From an uncultured Candidatus Saccharibacteria bacterium (GTDB taxonomy: Bacteria > Patescibacteriota > Saccharimonadia > CAILAD01 > JADZBC01): DNA of 64,000 bases. Below are positions 1-8,369 of the stretch, piece after piece. The notes beneath the pieces are model-generated. The model ran no database searches. It was not told the origin of the DNA and was given only the letters and a program-made list of their open reading frames with translations. The translations under genes were made by a program, and so were the position numbers. Each line of letters opens with the position of its first letter. The first letter of the stretch is position 1. Location: contig CAYPSN010000002.1 in the NCBI GenBank assembly GCA_964413715.1, positions 850 to 64,849 on the forward strand. Direction: 5' to 3'.

Positions 1-1776
1 AGCTGGCGGAACCGTGCTCATATTCGTCCAGCCGCCATTGGGAATATTCTCGCCGCCTTGCCCTTCTGACATGCTAATGGTTGGGTTAGTCGGTGCAGTG
101 GTGTCTATCAGGTAGTTAATAGAAACTCCTGTTACCTTAAAGTCGCTACCAGCATCGGCTGACATGACTAGCTGGTATGCTAGGTATCTATTATTGGGAT
201 TCATGCAGTCACTGCTGTCGTTGGCTGGTGCTTGCTCGCTGTCCACCGTATAGGCGCACCACGTCATAGCGCTATCATCATACGACGTACCATCCCCAGT
301 GCGCAGAAGCCGCACAGCGGCACTCCCACCTGTGCCAGACGTTGTAATATTTACACTTTGTATATGCGCAATAGCGAAGTCAGGACTCAAATCGAAGCTG
401 TTAGACAATAGTGTACCTACACTCCCACCCAAAGATTCCTCCAGGCCCACACGTGTTTGCAAGCCGTTTTGTACTTTGTAGCGCTGGACATAAGGCACGT
501 TGTACGACACACTTACTCCCGCTCCGTTCCAGAAATTGAGACCAAAAGGTCCGTTATCAGAGCCTGCTTGATTACTAGACCCATTACCCATATTCACCCA
601 CGTACTACCGCTGCGGTATTGCATAACACCAGCATAATCATCCACCCCTACGCGGAAGTACCGCGGACCCGAACTGTTCGCCTGATTCTGCAATGGGCCA
701 AAATTTGCAGCACTCCAATTAAGCCCGCCATCCACCGTTTGACTACCTGAGACTACATTGTAGGTGTTGCCCGCATCACAGTTGAAGAACATTTGGTAAC
801 TCTCGGTTGTCTGACTGAAAACATTTACACCAAGCGAATTATTGATATCGCACGGGCTATTGCCGAAGCCCAGCACGTCCACGCCAAATTCATAGACCGA
901 CGAGTCGGTGCGCGTTATGCCTCCGTCTTGTGCAGTAATGCCAAAGTTATTAGATGTTCCTGTGACTGCCATATTGCCGTTGCCGTCCTGCGTGACGCCT
1001 AAATTACTCACATCATTCCACTTGTTAGCATCCAAAGCGCCATTGCCATTGAAATCGTCGTAAAAGTCGTAAACAGCCACGGGGTCAGACTGGCTGCCAG
1101 CGTTGGCATTGCCATAGTACATATATATTGGCGTAGTAGACTGCGGGACACTTGGCACCTTCACCATAACGGTAACGGAGGAGCCCTCTGCTGAGGAACG
1201 AATCACATACGGCAGATCCTGATCCCCTGCCTCATTGGTAAAACGCAGGTCCTGGAACTGACTCTGCATCTCGCTCTCGTATGCAACGGTGAACTCGACC
1301 TGCAAATCAGTGCGTGGACCGCCGCTGTTGGCTATTTCGATTTTTTTGCGCTTACTCCAGGTGTTGTCACAGTTAAGTGTCGAACACCAGTTAGTAATGG
1401 TCGTGTTCCCCAGGCTTAGTTCGTCTGGCGAACTGGTTACTATATTGGTAGCAGACTTGTACTCATTAACCGTACCGGTACCTACCCCCTGGCTCCAGTC
1501 CGACTGACTAAAGGTATCAAAGGCCTTGGCAATATTAGTAAGACCCAAGGCACCCACCAGCGCAATCGCTGCGTAAAGTCCTGCAATACCTAGGTGGACT
1601 TTTTTGTGGTGCTTCTTGGTATGCCAGGCCGCATAGCCTTTACTGTGGGCCATAAGGTGGGCGTGTGGTTTGGCGGCTACATGGTGGTGAGTTTTAGCCA
1701 AAGCAGTAGCCACACTCCTGGGCACAAACGTAATCACGCGGCGAAATTTACTCTGCTTTGTTTTTGGTTTACTCAT
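1..1776 (-). CDS. large membrane-anchored surface protein, DUF2341/LamG-like (partial; C-terminus lies beyond window start)
   Basis: Uninterrupted minus-strand frame from ATG at 1776 (MSKPKTKQSKFRRVITF...) to the window edge. It is absent from the ORF track only because no stop falls inside the window. N-terminal His/Lys-rich tail, TM helix LGIAGLYAAIALVGALGL, then DLRFTNEAGDQDLPYVI..VMVKVPSVP..IYMYYGN, typical of DUF2341. Confidence 0.6.
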   Translation of the reverse strand, partial: MSKPKTKQSKFRRVITFVPRSVATALAKTHHHVAAKPHAHLMAHSKGYAAWHTKKHHKKVHLGIAGLYAAIALVGALGLTNIAKAFDTFSQSDWSQGVGTGTVNEYKSATNIVTSSPDELSLGNTTITNWCSTLNCDNTWSKRKKIEIANSGGPRTDLQVEFTVAYESEMQSQFQDLRFTNEAGDQDLPYVIRSSAEGSSVTVMVKVPSVPQSTTPIYMYYGNANAGSQSDPVAVYDFYDDFNGNGALDANKWNDVSNLGVTQDGNGNMAVTGTSNNFGITAQDGGITRTDSSVYEFGVDVLGFGNSPCDINNSLGVNVFSQTTESYQMFFNCDAGNTYNVVSGSQTVDGGLNWSAANFGPLQNQANSSGPRYFRVGVDDYAGVMQYRSGSTWVNMGNGSSNQAGSDNGPFGLNFWNGAGVSVSYNVPYVQRYKVQNGLQTRVGLEESLGGSVGTLLSNSFDLSPDFAIAHIQSVNITTSGTGGSAAVRLLRTGDGTSYDDSAMTWCAYTVDSEQAPANDSSDCMNPNNRYLAYQLVMSADAGSDFKVTGVSINYLIDTTAPTNPTISMSEGQGGENIPNGGWTNMSTVPPA

Positions 1777-1951
1777 CTTGGGTTTTTCTAAGCTGCGCTT
1801 ACCCTACCTTAAGCGTTATTGTTAGCCCCATTATAACCTTAAGCGTTACGAGAGTGCAAATAGTTTTTTTGCCAAATATTTTGTTCAGTTTTCCCCACCC
1901 CAATTTACTTTTCCACTTGTTTTTTTAATAGTTATATGACAATATATAGTC

Positions 1952-2386
1952 ATGTTATGCCCATTCTGTCAGCACGATAAAACCGAAGTGTTCAATAGCC
2001 GTAGTACAGCTCATAGCACCCAAGTATGGCGTCGTAGGCGCTGCAAAAGCTGTCACAACGCCTTTACTACCTACGAGGCCTATGACTTAGGCTTTTTAGA
2101 CGTAAAAGACACCCATGGAGCCGTACGTGGCTATAGTCGAGCCCGGCTTTTTAGCAGCGTATATATGGCGTTTGTGGGCAGTAACCTAGAAGACGACCAA
2201 ACTATTGATAACGTTACGGCCACCATCGAGCAAAAGCTGCAGGCGCTGCAAAAACCACTTCTCCACCGTGATGAAATCATCGCGATAGTCGTAAAAACCA
2301 TTCGACCGCTCAGCATTACAGCCACTATGCGGTACCTGGCTGACCATACTCCAACAGATAGCAAAGACCCCTCTCGCCTACTTTAA
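1952..2386 (+). CDS. nrdR: transcriptional repressor NrdR (zinc ribbon + ATP-cone)
   Basis: MLCPFCQHDKTEVFNSRS...CKSC zinc ribbon followed by an ATP-cone-like region; size 144 aa. Confidence 0.8.
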   Translation: MLCPFCQHDKTEVFNSRSTAHSTQVWRRRRCKSCHNAFTTYEAYDLGFLDVKDTHGAVRGYSRARLFSSVYMAFVGSNLEDDQTIDNVTATIEQKLQALQKPLLHRDEIIAIVVKTIRPLSITATMRYLADHTPTDSKDPSRLL

Positions 2387-2501
2387 ACAACTTAACTTTC
2401 ATGCTTTCGTATGAATTGTAAGTAACTAATCGCGACGCCTATCCTGCAAAACACACTTATACTGAGTGAACATTATTTGCGTAATTTCGAACTCCAAATA
2501 C

Positions 2502-2529
2502 GTCATTCCGAGCTTGTCGAGGAATCTGC
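2502..2529. repeat. left arm of perfect 28-bp inverted repeat flanking the GIY-YIG gene
   Basis: GTCATTCCGAGCTTGTCGAGGAATCTGC; exact reverse complement at 2842-2869. Confidence 0.9.
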
Positions 2530-2799
2530 CGCCAAATCCTTTAGGCCAGGGTTTATACTGCGGGCTAAATTAAGTTTCTTACTGCGTCGCCAGCCTTTCA
2601 GTTGCTTCTCTCGGGCTATAGCTTCATATATATCCCGTGCTGCCTCAAAGTACATCAGCCGATCCACACTATATCGCGAGGTAAAACCATGTACTGTTTT
2701 TGATTTATGCTCATAAACCCGCCTCTGCAAGTCATTTGTTACGCCAATATAAATCGTGCCGGTCTTGCTGGCCAACATGTAAACATATGCACCGTTCAT
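2503..2799 (-). CDS. GIY-YIG nuclease family protein (UPF0213-like)
   Basis: MNGAYVYMLASKTGTIYIGVTNDLQRRVYEHK...YFE motifs. Start moved to the ATG at 2799, because the upstream extension in the ORF track is translation of the inverted repeat. Confidence 0.75.
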   Translation of the reverse strand: MNGAYVYMLASKTGTIYIGVTNDLQRRVYEHKSKTVHGFTSRYSVDRLMYFEAARDIYEAIAREKQLKGWRRSKKLNLARSINPGLKDLAADSSTSSE

Positions 2800-2841
2800 G
2801 CCTATAAAAATATATAGCCTTATAAAACTAGGCAAGCATAT

Positions 2842-2869
2842 GCAGATTCCTCGACAAGCTCGGAATGAC
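2842..2869. repeat. right arm of perfect 28-bp inverted repeat flanking the GIY-YIG gene
   Basis: GCAGATTCCTCGACAAGCTCGGAATGAC = reverse complement of 2502-2529. Confidence 0.9.
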
Positions 2870-3097
2870 ACGGCTAAGCTTTGAAGGGCGAAAAGGTTTT
2901 CCGACCACGGGTTCGCAAGCTAGGATTCATCTCATGCTTCGACTTATTAGCATTCAACTGCGGGATCGCTATCGCTAAGTCCTCGCCGAAGCTGAAGTTC
3001 TCAGATTCGCTGATCCTGTTGCTCCAAGGTCGGGGTAAGCTCCAGAAAACAGAAAAGACCCCGAGTTGGGGTCTTTTCTAAGTAGTAGAGAGCAGGT

Positions 3098-3769
3098 TTA
3101 CTCTTTAGCTTCACCTTCAGTGGCTGCTTCACCGCCTTCGCTGGCCTCACCCTCTTCGGCAGGTACAGCATCACCCACTTCGCTATCAAGCTCTTCAAGC
3201 TCTTCTTCGCTACGTGGCGGTTCTACCTTGGCAACAAGCTCTTCGGCATCAGTAAGAACCTCTACGCCTTCAGGAACTGTAAGATCAGCTACTGTAATGG
3301 TCTTTTCGAAGTCATCTAGCACTGCGATGTCGACTTCGATGTTCGACGGAAGCTTACCAGGCAAACATTCAATTTCCAGTTCACCTAGAGGTGTTACCAG
3401 ACTACCACCATCTTGGAATACAGCTGTTGATTCGCCAACAGTAACCAATGGCACTGAAGTGCGTACTACTTCGTCCATCTTTACGGTATATAGGTCGGCA
3501 TGCAATGGGAATGGTGCGTGCACACCGTGCTGAACGTCCTGAATAAGGGCATTTTTCTTGCCATCGCCTTCGATTTCAATCTCTAAAATGGTGCTGTGAC
3601 CAACGTGGGCGTAGAGTTTTGCAAACTCTGCCGCATCAACGCTTAAATTAACTGCTTCGCTACCCTGGCCGTACATTACGACTGGCATTCTCCCAGCTGT
3701 ACGCAAAGAAGCGAGTTTTTTACCTGTAATATCACGTTTTTGTGCTTTTAGCACGACTACATCTGTCAT
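3098..3769 (-). CDS. rplY: 50S ribosomal protein L25 / general stress protein Ctc, with acidic C-terminal tail
   Basis: MTDVVVLKAQKRDITGKKLASLRTAGRMPVVMYGQG... L25/Ctc fold signature; E/A/G-rich tail. Confidence 0.85.
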   Translation of the reverse strand: MTDVVVLKAQKRDITGKKLASLRTAGRMPVVMYGQGSEAVNLSVDAAEFAKLYAHVGHSTILEIEIEGDGKKNALIQDVQHGVHAPFPLHADLYTVKMDEVVRTSVPLVTVGESTAVFQDGGSLVTPLGELEIECLPGKLPSNIEVDIAVLDDFEKTITVADLTVPEGVEVLTDAEELVAKVEPPRSEEELEELDSEVGDAVPAEEGEASEGGEAATEGEAKE

Positions 3770-3785
3770 GTTGTTCTCTCTATAG

Positions 3786-4181
3786 TTACTTACGTTTACG
3801 TTGAGTAGGGATTAGACCGGCAAAATTACCGGAGTAGCCACTTATCTGCAAGTGAAAATCTGCAATCTCAGCCGAACTTATAGGCTCCATGGCCGAAAAG
3901 CGTGCTTTTTCGCCTGACTTGAGGTCTGTACGAGCTCTTTTAGCACGAGGGGCTACCTGGCCGGCTGGCTTAAGGCCATTACCTGCCTGGTTGTTCTCGG
4001 TTAAGAAAACTGTGGCCAAAACAGGCAGCGAGCAACGCTGACAGTTCAGCTGCATGAAGCAGTGACTGTCTACTTTGCCCAAGAATTTGATGTCGTTGAG
4101 TCGATAACCACCGTCACAGGAAGGACACTTGTAAAAAACCTGGAGGTTTTTAATCAGCTCTTGCAGATTTTTGCTTGTCAA
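3786..4181 (-). CDS. hypothetical C4 zinc-ribbon protein
   Basis: CPSC...17 aa...CQRC pattern. TTG start at 4181 preceded by AGAGGGAG; function unknown. Confidence 0.35.
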   Translation of the reverse strand: MTSKNLQELIKNLQVFYKCPSCDGGYRLNDIKFLGKVDSHCFMQLNCQRCSLPVLATVFLTENNQAGNGLKPAGQVAPRAKRARTDLKSGEKARFSAMEPISSAEIADFHLQISGYSGNFAGLIPTQRKRK

Positions 4182-4229
4182 AAAAGTACTCCCTCTTGCA
4201 CTAAAGCATAGCATTTTCGCTCACTCGCG

Positions 4230-5309
4230 TCAATCTGAAGCGGTAGTGTTGGCTTGTTTTTTACGCCTTAGCAGCGTTAAGGAGAGAATAAGTATTGCTA
4301 AAATTACAACTAACAGACCAAAGGCCATAATTTTCTGTGAGCTGGAAGCCACCAGAGCAACAATCCCGAAGACAATTGAGAAGGCGTAGATAACCAAAAC
4401 GGCCTGGCGCTGACTGAGCCCAACGTCGAGCAACAGGTGGTGAATATGCCCCCTGTCGGCACTGAATGGTGAGCGGCCAGCTGCCACCCTACGCACGACT
4501 GCCCAAAATGTATCAACAATTGGCAGACCAAGTACGAGCATGGCGGTAGCCAGCTTTGCACCCGAGAATATAGCAAGAATCCCAATCGTCATACCTAAGA
4601 AGTACGCTCCGCTATCACCATTAAAAATCTTGGCTGGATAGAAATTGTAAACTAAGTAGCCCAAGCATGCGCCGGCTAATACCAAGGCTATGAGTGCTGT
4701 GTTGGGCTGATTTACTCTGGGCCCAACGGCTACAAAGAACATCACAATAGCTGCAATTGCTGCTACTCCACTCGATAATCCATCGAGACCATCGAGTAAA
4801 TTCATGGTGTTGGTCATGCCTACGAGCCAAATAGTCGTTAAAGCCACTGCCACGGCATTAATACTTAGGGTTATCCCTACGATCGGCACCGTCCACTGCG
4901 AGGTATTAAACACAAACGAAGTGCCGAAGGGGTTACTTACGGCGTCAATACTAATGCCAAACCCGATTGCCGCCACCAAGGCCGCCACAACCTGGCCTGC
5001 TAACTTCAGCCATGGGTTCACTCCCCAAACGTCATCGGCCAAACCAATCAGCAGGACCATGGTTCCAGCTACAATGAGACCAACAAATGGCTTCTGGATA
5101 GTGCTTACGAGAGCTAGACTAATGGCCGTAAACGAGGCATAGATGGCCAAGCCACCAGCCCGAGCAATTGGCTTGGTGTGGAGCTTACGCTTTTCCTTGG
5201 AAACCTGATCAACAGCACCAATACGAAAGGCCAATTTACGCACTGCGGGCACCATCAAACAAGCTACAAGTGCAGCGGCTAAAAAGCCGAATACATACAG
5301 CATGGTCAT
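4230..5309 (-). CDS. UDP-GlcNAc:undecaprenyl-phosphate GlcNAc-1-phosphate transferase (WecA/TagO family, MraY-like GT4)
   Basis: 11 predicted TM helices; KLHTKPIARAGGLAIY, ADDVWG, NLLDGLDGL, KIFNGDSGAYFLG, DRGHIHHLLL motifs. Confidence 0.7.
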   Translation of the reverse strand: MTMLYVFGFLAAALVACLMVPAVRKLAFRIGAVDQVSKEKRKLHTKPIARAGGLAIYASFTAISLALVSTIQKPFVGLIVAGTMVLLIGLADDVWGVNPWLKLAGQVVAALVAAIGFGISIDAVSNPFGTSFVFNTSQWTVPIVGITLSINAVAVALTTIWLVGMTNTMNLLDGLDGLSSGVAAIAAIVMFFVAVGPRVNQPNTALIALVLAGACLGYLVYNFYPAKIFNGDSGAYFLGMTIGILAIFSGAKLATAMLVLGLPIVDTFWAVVRRVAAGRSPFSADRGHIHHLLLDVGLSQRQAVLVIYAFSIVFGIVALVASSSQKIMAFGLLVVILAILILSLTLLRRKKQANTTASD

Positions 5310-6994
5310 TTGCTTAGACCCTTTTCAGTTACGTCAAACTCCTCCAAGTAGCGGCCAAACATGAGGCGGGTTTGCGCATTGAGCGCGGCAAAAGCGCCAA
5401 AAGCAATCGTAGTAAACGGCAACAATGCCCACTGAACAAACATCCAGAGCATTCGAGAGCGCTTGTGGTGTGCTGGCCGAGGTGGCAAGAGCAAAAAGCT
5501 CACCCAAATGGTGGCAATAATACCAACCGAAGCGAATGTCAGCACCCGCGAGGCTACTACGGGTAGTTGATGAGCCAAAACTTGGTCCTTAAAGGCTGGG
5601 TTGAGCATTAAAGGTAGCCAAGCATAGTAGGCCAATACTAATGGCGCAGTTGCCCAGCTTACATGGCCCTCCAAATGGCGCGCGATTTGGAGAAATTTAT
5701 CGCCAAAAGGCGCTCGTTGATTACGAATTGCTTCGCGCACCGCATAGGCAAAGTCACTCACCCCCCATGCCCATCGCCTGAGCTGTACAAACTGGTTTTT
5801 AAATGCCGCTCGATAGGTTCGGCCCTCGATAGCATCTTGGTAAATCGGCACATACATTGGTATGACCTTATGGTCGCCGTCGTAGGTAAAGTACGTGCGC
5901 CAGTACTGGTGGCCGTCCTCTACTACCGTGGTAACCGACCAAAAATCCGTATCAATTAGCGTTTGCAAACCTTGAGCGTGCGAAGCAAAGTTACGCAACC
6001 TGTGCGGGCGGGTCATCTCTATCATGTTCCAGAAGGAATTACCACTCGCTATCACCCGCATTGGCGCCGGCACGTCCCAAATATTGGTTAGATACATTGC
6101 TATAGGCTGGAATGATCGGCGGCGGCGGCTTGGTTCTGCTGCATAGGTAAGTGCCAAATACGAAAAGTAGTTAGGATCAACCACATTATCTTCATCAAGT
6201 GTTGTAACAATTACATTACTAACGTCAATATTGAGCTCTTCTACGATGGCTAATGACTCGCGGCCAGCGTAGGTAATGTTGGCGCCCTTCCCCTTAATTT
6301 CTCCTTTGAGGCCGTCGGGGTGCTTGATTATTCGGAATGTTTTAAAGGAGTTTTTGTAGGTAATGGCCATTTGCTCGGCGTTGCGCTCGGATTCTTCACC
6401 GCCCCGCTCCTCGTAAGCTAACACGAAGATGACTTTGCGCGCATCGCTGTTGGAATTAAGCACTGCCTCGATAGAGGGCTGCACTACCTCGGGCACTACC
6501 TTGTAACAAGGCATAATTACCAGGTGATATAGGTCTTTCGGGCGAAGAATCAGACTCTCATGCTGAGCCAGTGCCTGCAATTCGGCCACATATGCTTTCA
6601 AATCCTTACGATGCTGTGCAGCAGCATCAGGAATAAGCCTGCGGAGCAGCGAAGGCCGAGGCAGCGCCAAAAACTCTTCTTGTTTAGCCTTAACGGTAGC
6701 AGCCAAGTTGTTTAAATCATTCGCTCGCTGCTCCCAGTTGATAACCTTGCTGTTCTTGTAGCGACGGTACGCTGTAATCAACCCCAAACTCATGCGCAAC
6801 GACTTTAGCAGCCAGTATATGTCGAAGGCGATAATGAAGTAGGCCAATACCACAGGCGCGCTAAAGCTTAAATAAAACGGCAAAAGGATAATCGTCCAGG
6901 TAAGAACACCTGGCAAGATCTCCAAGATTCGATAAAACCACCGTGAATCAACGAAGCCGAGCGATATATTGGGGATACCTTTGCGTCGTGCCAT
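5306..6994 (-). CDS. processive family-2 glycosyltransferase (cellulose/chitin-synthase-like, QxxRW motif)
   Basis: N-terminal TM helices, LDEDN (DxD), TVVEDGH (TED) and FVQLRRWAWG (QxxRW). 4-bp overlap with the downstream WecA-like gene. Confidence 0.7.
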   Translation of the reverse strand: MARRKGIPNISLGFVDSRWFYRILEILPGVLTWTIILLPFYLSFSAPVVLAYFIIAFDIYWLLKSLRMSLGLITAYRRYKNSKVINWEQRANDLNNLAATVKAKQEEFLALPRPSLLRRLIPDAAAQHRKDLKAYVAELQALAQHESLILRPKDLYHLVIMPCYKVVPEVVQPSIEAVLNSNSDARKVIFVLAYEERGGEESERNAEQMAITYKNSFKTFRIIKHPDGLKGEIKGKGANITYAGRESLAIVEELNIDVSNVIVTTLDEDNVVDPNYFSYLALTYAAEPSRRRRSFQPIAMYLTNIWDVPAPMRVIASGNSFWNMIEMTRPHRLRNFASHAQGLQTLIDTDFWSVTTVVEDGHQYWRTYFTYDGDHKVIPMYVPIYQDAIEGRTYRAAFKNQFVQLRRWAWGVSDFAYAVREAIRNQRAPFGDKFLQIARHLEGHVSWATAPLVLAYYAWLPLMLNPAFKDQVLAHQLPVVASRVLTFASVGIIATIWVSFLLLPPRPAHHKRSRMLWMFVQWALLPFTTIAFGAFAALNAQTRLMFGRYLEEFDVTEKGLSK

Positions 6995-6996
6995 CG

Positions 6997-7386
6997 CTAC
7001 ACCCCACTATAGTTAATAGCTGTAAACCCTACGAGCATGGCAATGCAGACAATTGATACCACAACGCTTATACCCAAAAGCGCCGCGCTGAGAAAGCGGT
7101 ACCTAGAATGTGCGACAAGGGCCAAAACAAGGTTCATGCCGAAGGTAAAGGCGGCCATTGCGAATAATTGATAGAGTTGATACCACTTACCGAGCACATC
7201 GAAGTTCGCAAAGCTGGTAAACCGAATCGGCACGGCTAGCTCGGTAGGCTTAATGTTCGAAAAACTCCAAAACAGCAGCCCCGCCAGGAGTGCGAGATTA
7301 ATCAATACTAATATAAGTAGCGGCGTGTCGCTAAAAAGCTGGTGGCTCCGAACCCGACCAATGCGGCCTTTGATTTGCTTTTTCAT
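6997..7386 (-). CDS. small integral membrane protein (3-4 TM), hypothetical
   Basis: Hydrophobic segments; immediately upstream of, and nearly abutting, the GT2 gene. Confidence 0.5.
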   Translation of the reverse strand: MKKQIKGRIGRVRSHQLFSDTPLLILVLINLALLAGLLFWSFSNIKPTELAVPIRFTSFANFDVLGKWYQLYQLFAMAAFTFGMNLVLALVAHSRYRFLSAALLGISVVVSIVCIAMLVGFTAINYSGV

Positions 7387-7433
7387 CTTATGCTCAAGTA
7401 TAGCATTTTTACGCCTTGTAGCGGAATAATTAC

Positions 7434-7509
7434 TGGAGCCACCTGCCGGGATTGAACCGGCGACCTACGCTTTACGAAAGCGTCGCTCTACCAACTGAGC
7501 TAAGGTGGC
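7434..7509 (-). tRNA. tRNA-Thr (anticodon CGT)
   Basis: Reverse complement GCCACCTTAGCTCAGTTGGTAGAGCGACGCTTTCGTAAAGCGTAGGTCGCCGGTTCAATCCCGGCAGGTGGCTCCA gives a cloverleaf with encoded CCA. Confidence 0.9.
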
Positions 7510-7510
7510 A

Positions 7511-7584
7511 TGGAGCGGGTAACGGGAATCGAACCCGTATCTCAACCTTGGGAAGGTTGCATTCTACCACTAAACTATACCCGC
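7511..7584 (-). tRNA. tRNA-Gly (anticodon CCC)
   Basis: Reverse complement GCGGGTATAGTTTAGTGGTAGAATGCAACCTTCCCAAGGTTGAGATACGGGTTCGATTCCCGTTACCCGCTCCA; 1 nt from tRNA-Thr. Confidence 0.9.
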
Positions 7585-7610
7585 CTGTACAGGGGCTCGC
7601 CGACAGATAT

Positions 7611-7649
7611 AAAATAACTCGCGTCCGTCGAGGATACGCGAGTTATTTT
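7611..7649 (-). terminator. intrinsic terminator hairpin downstream of the 7681-7908 gene
   Basis: AAAATAACTCGCGT-11 nt loop-ACGCGAGTTATTTT; 14-bp stem with U-rich 3' arm on the minus transcript. Confidence 0.6.
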
Positions 7650-7680
7650 AGCACAACTGGGCGGCGGCTCGGTAGTATCT

Positions 7681-7908
7681 CTACCGAGAAAGACGCTTTT
7701 TCAGTTTTGACTCAAGGGTTTCCCACTGCGCCTGTTCCGCCTGCGGGGCATTTGGCAGTTTTAGCAAAAACGTAGCACCAAACTTCTTTACCGCTTCACT
7801 CCGCGTATTTACTACGTTTTCGGCATGTAGGTAAGGCACTTGGGCCTGAGGCTTTACTTTACGGACTTTAATCTTCCGTTCTTTTGTAGGTTCATAATTA
7901 TAAAACAT
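7681..7908 (-). CDS. small basic hypothetical protein (75 aa)
   Basis: ORF with downstream terminator; no recognisable family. Confidence 0.4.
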   Translation of the reverse strand: MFYNYEPTKERKIKVRKVKPQAQVPYLHAENVVNTRSEAVKKFGATFLLKLPNAPQAEQAQWETLESKLKKRLSR

Positions 7909-8095
7909 ATCAAATTCCTTTGTTCTACTTTTGTGTTCGTTTTTGTTTAGCCGAATAGGCTTTTTATTTTATGTATTCATTTTCCCTCCACGACTGTTCA
8001 ATAACAGTCTCACAACACTAACAAACGAATATTATACGCTGATTGTCAATACTTATCAAGTATATTTCTTATGTTTTATGACTTTATGATTCATC

Positions 8096-8124
8096 TTGCC
8101 CATATCCCCTATTTTTGCTACTAT
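8096..8124 (+). promoter_or_regulatory. candidate sigma70 promoter of tRNA-Asp
   Basis: TTGCCC-17 nt-TACTAT, about 30 nt upstream of the tRNA 5' end. Confidence 0.35.
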
Positions 8125-8155
8125 ATCTAGGTTACAGTCAGCCTGAAACAAATGC

Positions 8156-8232
8156 GGGCCCGTGGTGTAGAGGCCTAACATGCCTCCCTGTCACGGAGGA
8201 GATCGCCGGTTCGAATCCGGTCGGGCCCGCCA
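8156..8232 (+). tRNA. tRNA-Asp (anticodon GTC)
   Basis: GGGCCCGTGGTGTAGAGGCCTAACATGCCTCCCTGTCACGGAGGAGATCGCCGGTTCGAATCCGGTCGGGCCCGCCA. Confidence 0.9.
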
Positions 8233-8369
8233 GATTACTTATACCCATGACTCCCGTTAGGAGTCATTTTTTATTGACATTTTAGTTTTTTTATGCCAAT
8301 ATATATACTTATAGGTCATTGAATTCAATTCAACCCCGCACCCCAACAACGCCCCCTTGGAGGCACCAA

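Noticed and set aside
3066-3533. Ser-rich 155-aa plus-strand ORF
   Set aside because: Antisense to the well-supported rplY gene; low-complexity translation artefact.
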